Shown in pieces: positions 59,727 to 64,000 of a stretch of 64,000 nt of DNA. Below the pieces are notes generated by a model that did not search any database, was not told the DNA's origin, and saw nothing but the letters and a program-made list of their open reading frames with translations. Within the stretch, counting starts at the first letter, position 1; each line of letters begins with the position of its first letter. This DNA comes from an uncultured Actinomycetes bacterium (GTDB lineage Bacteria; Actinomycetota; UBA4738; HRBIN12). Where the stretch lies: positions 1,376,001 through 1,440,000 of the forward strand of contig OY969934.1 of the NCBI GenBank assembly GCA_963704725.1, given 5' to 3'. The translations under genes were made by a program, and so were the position numbers.

Positions 59727-60665
59727 GTGAACCTCGTCGACGGCGTTCGCGGCGGGGATCCCCGGGCCATCGCCCGGGCGATCTCGATGGTGGAGGACGG
59801 CGCCGAGGGTCTGGCCGAGCTCTCCGCGGCCCTCTTCCCACACACCGGAAGGGCGGCCACGATCGGGCTCACGGGGTCGCCGGGGGTCGGCAAGTCGACG
59901 CTCGCGGCGGAGCTGGTGCGCGTGGCGCGGGAGCACGGCCGGACCGTCGCGGTCCTCGCGATCGACCCCACGTCCCCGTTCAGCGGCGGCGCGCTCCTCG
60001 GCGATCGCCTCCGGATGCAGGCGCATGCCACCGACCCCGGCGTGTTCATCCGCTCGATGGCGACGCGCGGGCACCTCGGCGGGATGGCCCTGGCGGCGCC
60101 GGAGGCGGTCCGGATCCTGGATGCCTCGGGTCACGACGTCGTGATCGTCGAGACCGTGGGTGTGGGGCAGGCCGAGGTGGACGTGGCGGCCGCGACCGAC
60201 ACCACGCTCGTCGTCGTCTCGCCGGGGTGGGGCGATCAGGTGCAGGTGGCCAAGGCGGGGATCCTGGAGGTGGCGGACGTCTTCGTCGTGAACAAGGCCG
60301 ATCGCGAGGGGGCGGACGGGGCCGCCCGTGACCTCGCGCAGATGATCCGCATGGGGGCCGAGCTCGCCTGGACGCCGCCCGTGGTGAAGGCCGCCGCGGC
60401 AAGCGGCGAGGGCGTCGAGGGCGTGTGGGAGGCGATCACGTCCCATCGGGCCCACCTCGAGGCGACGGGCGCTCTCGGCGCGGGCCGCCGCGAACGACTG
60501 GTCCACGAGGTCGAGAGCCTTGCCGCGGAGCGGTTCCGCGTCCGGATGCGCGAGCGGCTCGACGCCGACCCCACGCTCGCGGACGACCTGGCGGAGCGCA
60601 GGGTCGATCCGTACCGGGCCGCGGATATCCTGGTGGATCGGCTCCGGCAGAGCCTCGAGACGTAG
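59727..60665 (+). CDS. meaB: B12-mutase-associated GTPase MeaB
   Basis: [34 protein letters not shown] and NKAD. Confidence 0.95.
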   Translation: MNLVDGVRGGDPRAIARAISMVEDGAEGLAELSAALFPHTGRAATIGLTGSPGVGKSTLAAELVRVAREHGRTVAVLAIDPTSPFSGGALLGDRLRMQAHATDPGVFIRSMATRGHLGGMALAAPEAVRILDASGHDVVIVETVGVGQAEVDVAAATDTTLVVVSPGWGDQVQVAKAGILEVADVFVVNKADREGADGAARDLAQMIRMGAELAWTPPVVKAAAASGEGVEGVWEAITSHRAHLEATGALGAGRRERLVHEVESLAAERFRVRMRERLDADPTLADDLAERRVDPYRAADILVDRLRQSLET

Positions 60666-60675
60666 GAGCGCGGAC

Positions 60676-62319
60676 GTGGTCGAGCAGCGCGAGCGTCGCA
60701 CCCCCGGCGCGGCGGGCCCGGATGAGGTCCGAACGCTGTCCGGCGAGCCCCTCGAGCCCGTGTACACGCCCGAGGACCTGGCGGGGTTCGATCCGGAGCG
60801 CAAGCTGGGCGATCCGGGCGCGTACCCGTTCACGCGGGGGGTGTACCCCACGATGTACCGGGGCCGGATGTGGACGATGCGCCAGTTCGCCGGCTTCGGG
60901 ACGCCGGCGGAGACGAACGCCAGGTACCGGTACCTGCTCGAGCACGGCCAGGGTGGGCTCTCGGTCGCGTTCGACATGCCGACGCTCATGGGCCGGGACT
61001 CCGACGACCCGCGCGCCGAGGGCGAGGTGGGCCGGTGCGGCGTCGCCACCGACACGCTGGAGGACTTCGACGACCTGTTCGCCGGCATCCCCCTCGGCGA
61101 CATCAGCACCTCGATGACGATCAGCGGCCCGGCGGTGATCGTCTTCGCGTACTACCTCGCGGCGGCGGAGCGCCAGGGCGCGTCGTGGGAGGGACTCGAC
61201 GGCACCCTGCAGACGGACATCCTGAAGGAGTACATCGCCCAGAAGGAGTGGATCTTCCCGCCGCGGCCGCACCTCCGGCTGATCGGCGACCTCATGGCGT
61301 TCTGCCTGGAGCGCACCCCCCGGTTCCATCCCCTCAGCGTGTCCGGGTACCACATCCGCGAGGCGGGGGCGAACGCGTGGCAGGAGCTCGCGTACACGCT
61401 CGCCGACGGGTTCGCCTACGTCGAGCTCGGGCAGCAGCGCGGCCTGGACGTCGACCGGTTCGCGCCGGGGCTGTCGTTCTTCTTCAACGCGCACGTCGAC
61501 TTCTTCGAGGAGATCGCCAAGTACCGCGCCGCCCGCAGGATCTGGGCCCGGTGGCTGCGCGAGCGGTACGGCGCGACCGACGAGTCCTCGATGCGGCTGC
61601 GGTTCCACACGCAGACGGCGGGGGTCTCGCTGACCGCCCAGCAGCCCATGAACAATGTCGTCCGCACGGCCGTCGAGGCGCTCGCGGCGGTGCTCGGCGG
61701 GACGCAGTCGCTCCATACGAACGCGCTCGACGAGGTCCTGGCGCTGCCCACCGAGGAGGCGGCCAAGCTCGCCCTGCGCACCCAGCAGATCATCGCGTAC
61801 GAGAGCGGCGTGGCGGACGTGATCGACCCGCTCGGCGGCTCGTACTTCGTGGAGACGCTGACCGATCGGATGGAGGAGCTCGCCGAGGCCGAGTTCGTTC
61901 GCATCCAGGCGATGGGGAACGGCTCGATGCTCGAGGGCGTGCTGGCGGGGATCGAGCGCGGGTACTTCCAGCAGGAGATCGCGGAGTCGGCGTTCCGCGA
62001 GCAGGAGCGGTACGAGCGCGGGGATCTCGTGAAGGTCGGGGTGACCCACTTCGTGGAGGAGGGGGAGGCGCCGATCGACGTCCTCGAGATCGGCCCCGAC
62101 GTCGAGCGCGAGCAGGTCGAGCGGATCCGCGACGTCCGCACGCGGCGGGACGACGACGCGGCGGGCGCGGCGCTGGAGCGGCTCTCGGCTCTGGCGGCCA
62201 CGGACGAGAACCTCGTCGAGCCGCTGGTGGCGTGCGCCCGGGCCCTGTGCACCGAGGGCGAGATCGTGGCGGCGCTCCGCCGGGTCTTCGGCGAGTACAC
62301 GGAGACGCCCCGCTTCTAG
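60676..62319 (+). CDS. icmA: Acyl-CoA mutase large subunit, isobutyryl-CoA mutase type
   Basis: RQFAGFG and [14 protein letters not shown] (Phe/Gln determinants); no DxHxxG B12 domain. Confidence 0.8.
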   Translation: MVEQRERRTPGAAGPDEVRTLSGEPLEPVYTPEDLAGFDPERKLGDPGAYPFTRGVYPTMYRGRMWTMRQFAGFGTPAETNARYRYLLEHGQGGLSVAFDMPTLMGRDSDDPRAEGEVGRCGVATDTLEDFDDLFAGIPLGDISTSMTISGPAVIVFAYYLAAAERQGASWEGLDGTLQTDILKEYIAQKEWIFPPRPHLRLIGDLMAFCLERTPRFHPLSVSGYHIREAGANAWQELAYTLADGFAYVELGQQRGLDVDRFAPGLSFFFNAHVDFFEEIAKYRAARRIWARWLRERYGATDESSMRLRFHTQTAGVSLTAQQPMNNVVRTAVEALAAVLGGTQSLHTNALDEVLALPTEEAAKLALRTQQIIAYESGVADVIDPLGGSYFVETLTDRMEELAEAEFVRIQAMGNGSMLEGVLAGIERGYFQQEIAESAFREQERYERGDLVKVGVTHFVEEGEAPIDVLEIGPDVEREQVERIRDVRTRRDDDAAGAALERLSALAATDENLVEPLVACARALCTEGEIVAALRRVFGEYTETPRF

Positions 62320-62492
62320 CTCGCCGGGCGATCCGCCCGGGGCCGGCGCTCGAAGACCTTGCGAGCGGGCCCACTGGTCCTTCCTGCAGTTCGTGCCTGT
62401 TGCAGCTCGATGCAGCAACTCGGTAGACTCGTGCCCCCGAGCCCGCCCGAGGATGGCCCGACATGGTTCCGCGGGTTCGCGAGGGAGACGCG

Positions 62493-63410
62493 ATGCTCCG
62501 ACAACTGATCTCGGCGACCGACGCGGAGGCGTTCCGGATCGGGCTCGTCGCGACCACGTTCGGGTTCGGGCTCCGCCACGGCATCGACTGGGACCACATC
62601 GCGGCGATCACGGACATCACGACCTCCCAGGAGACCGGCCGGGTGTCGATGCTGTTCGCGACGCTGTACGCGCTCGGGCACGCGCTGGTCGTCTTCGTCC
62701 TCGGGGTCGCCGCGATCACCCTGGGAGACCTGCTCCCGAGCAGCGTCGACTCCATGATGGAGCGGATCGTGGGGGTGACGTTGATCCTCCTGGGGGTCTA
62801 CGTGTTCTTCGCCCTGATCCGGGACCGCAGGGACTTCCGCATGCGGAGCCGTTGGATGCTGATCTTCGCCGGGGTCCGGGCCGGCTCCAGGTGGGTCCGC
62901 TCGCGCGTCGGATCGGCCCCCTCCCGGCCCGCCCTCGAGCCGCTGGAACACCAGCACGAGCACGTCTCGGGGACCCCTCACCACAGCGCGGTCGAGTCGC
63001 CCAAGCAGGCCGCGGCCACCCTCACGGCCGGTCCGCACGAGCACCTGCACCATCACGTCGGCGCCAAGGAGAGCGACGCGTTCATGAACTACGGCAAGGG
63101 CACGTCGTTCGTCGTGGGGATGATCCACGGCGTGGGCGCCGAGACCCCGACGCAGATCCTGATCTTCCTCGCCGCGGCCGGCGGGGGAGGGGTGACCGGG
63201 GGCGTGCTGCTGCTGTTCGTGTTCCTGGCCGGCCTGTTCGCCAGCAACTCGATCATCGCCCTCGCGTCGACCTACGGCTTCCTGGCCGCGGGCCGGAGCT
63301 TCCGGGTGTACGCGACCGTCGCCGTGCTGACGGGGACGTTCAGCCTCGTCATCGGAATGCTGTTCGTGGTCGGCAAGGGGACGTTCCTGCCGGCGATCTT
63401 CGGGGGCTGA
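62493..63410 (+). CDS. Nickel/cobalt permease (NiCoT/UreH-like)
   Basis: GLRHGIDWDHIAAI, YALGH, His-rich loop and GMIHG. Confidence 0.8.
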   Translation: MLRQLISATDAEAFRIGLVATTFGFGLRHGIDWDHIAAITDITTSQETGRVSMLFATLYALGHALVVFVLGVAAITLGDLLPSSVDSMMERIVGVTLILLGVYVFFALIRDRRDFRMRSRWMLIFAGVRAGSRWVRSRVGSAPSRPALEPLEHQHEHVSGTPHHSAVESPKQAAATLTAGPHEHLHHHVGAKESDAFMNYGKGTSFVVGMIHGVGAETPTQILIFLAAAGGGGVTGGVLLLFVFLAGLFASNSIIALASTYGFLAAGRSFRVYATVAVLTGTFSLVIGMLFVVGKGTFLPAIFGG

Positions 63411-63431
63411 ACGCCTCGACCTCTGCGAGCG

Positions 63432-63875
63432 TCAGCCGGAAGCGGCGAGCTCGCGGCGACAGTCGGCACACAGCCCGCCGATCGCGAAGTGCGTGAGGTC
63501 GGGCTGGAACCCGTGGTGGCGCTCGATGAGCCGGACCAGCGCCTCGGCCTCGTCGATGGAGAGGTCGTCCTCGGCGCCGCAGTGGGAGCACGTGAGGTGG
63601 ACGTGTCCGGCGTCCTCGGCGCGGTGGTACTCGGCCCCGCTTTCCATGTGGGCGTGGGCCAGCACGCCGACCTCCTCCAGGAGCGAGAGCGTCCGGTAGA
63701 TCGTCGAGGCGTTCACGCCCGGCATCTCGCCCTGGACCTTCCGCGCCAGCGCGGTCGGCGAGATGTGGCCGTGGGTCCGCATGATCTCGGCCACGATGGC
63801 TCGCCGCTGCGGCGTCATCCGCAGGCCCCGGTCGCGAAGGACCTCGATGACGTCGAGGGTTGTGCGCTGGGCCAT
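63432..63875 (-). CDS. Fur family regulator, Nur-like
   Basis: RMTPQR, STIYRTL, HAH, HVHLTCSHC, HFAI and CADC; TACTCT 6 nt before the in-frame GTG at 63878. Confidence 0.88.
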   Translation of the reverse strand: MAQRTTLDVIEVLRDRGLRMTPQRRAIVAEIMRTHGHISPTALARKVQGEMPGVNASTIYRTLSLLEEVGVLAHAHMESGAEYHRAEDAGHVHLTCSHCGAEDDLSIDEAEALVRLIERHHGFQPDLTHFAIGGLCADCRRELAASG

Positions 63876-63970
63876 CACGGGCCGAGAGTAGCAGCAGGCT
63901 GTTGCAGGTGCAACGAGGCGCCGCCTCCTCGTGCGGGAGCGCGCCACGCGGTCTGCGAGGATAGGCGGCC

Positions 63971-64000
63971 ATGGGAGAGCTGGTGCGGGTCGAGATCGAC
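63971..64000 (+). CDS. Start of the next gene, possibly a crotonase family protein (partial)
   Basis: MGELVRVEID only. Confidence 0.3.
   Translation, partial: MGELVRVEID

Noticed and set aside
62430-62492. NiCo or cobalamin riboswitch before the permease
   Set aside because: The leader is only about 60 nt and lacks a recognisable four-way junction or B12 box

Overview
Very GC-rich core-chromosome segment of a probably deep-branching actinobacterium. Evidence for this placement: the Bpa proteasome activator, MarP protease, Rho with an N-terminal insertion, Cys-less RpiB, and the gene order argS-lysA-hom-thrC-thrB...rho-rpmE-prfA-prmC-tsaC...atp-murA. It contains about 60 CDS, one tRNA-Arg(CCG), two polyamine-type ABC transporter operons, the full F1Fo operon, an isobutyryl-CoA-mutase-type B12 enzyme with MeaB, and a Nur-like regulator next to a Ni/Co permease. 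No CRISPR, intact IS, prophage or rRNA was seen. The standout is an archaeal-type cyclic 2,3-diphosphoglycerate (cDPG) module fused into the tal-rho operon: a CpdA-like metallophosphoesterase, cDPG synthetase and 2-phosphoglycerate kinase. The phosphoesterase is a candidate cDPG hydrolase. Also notable are a LysA-GNAT fusion, a shared motif-plus-hairpin element before thrC and rpmE, a 21-bp bidirectional pyrE/pyrD promoter, and widespread leaderless-type promoters. All calls come from reading motifs by eye; no database searches were run.
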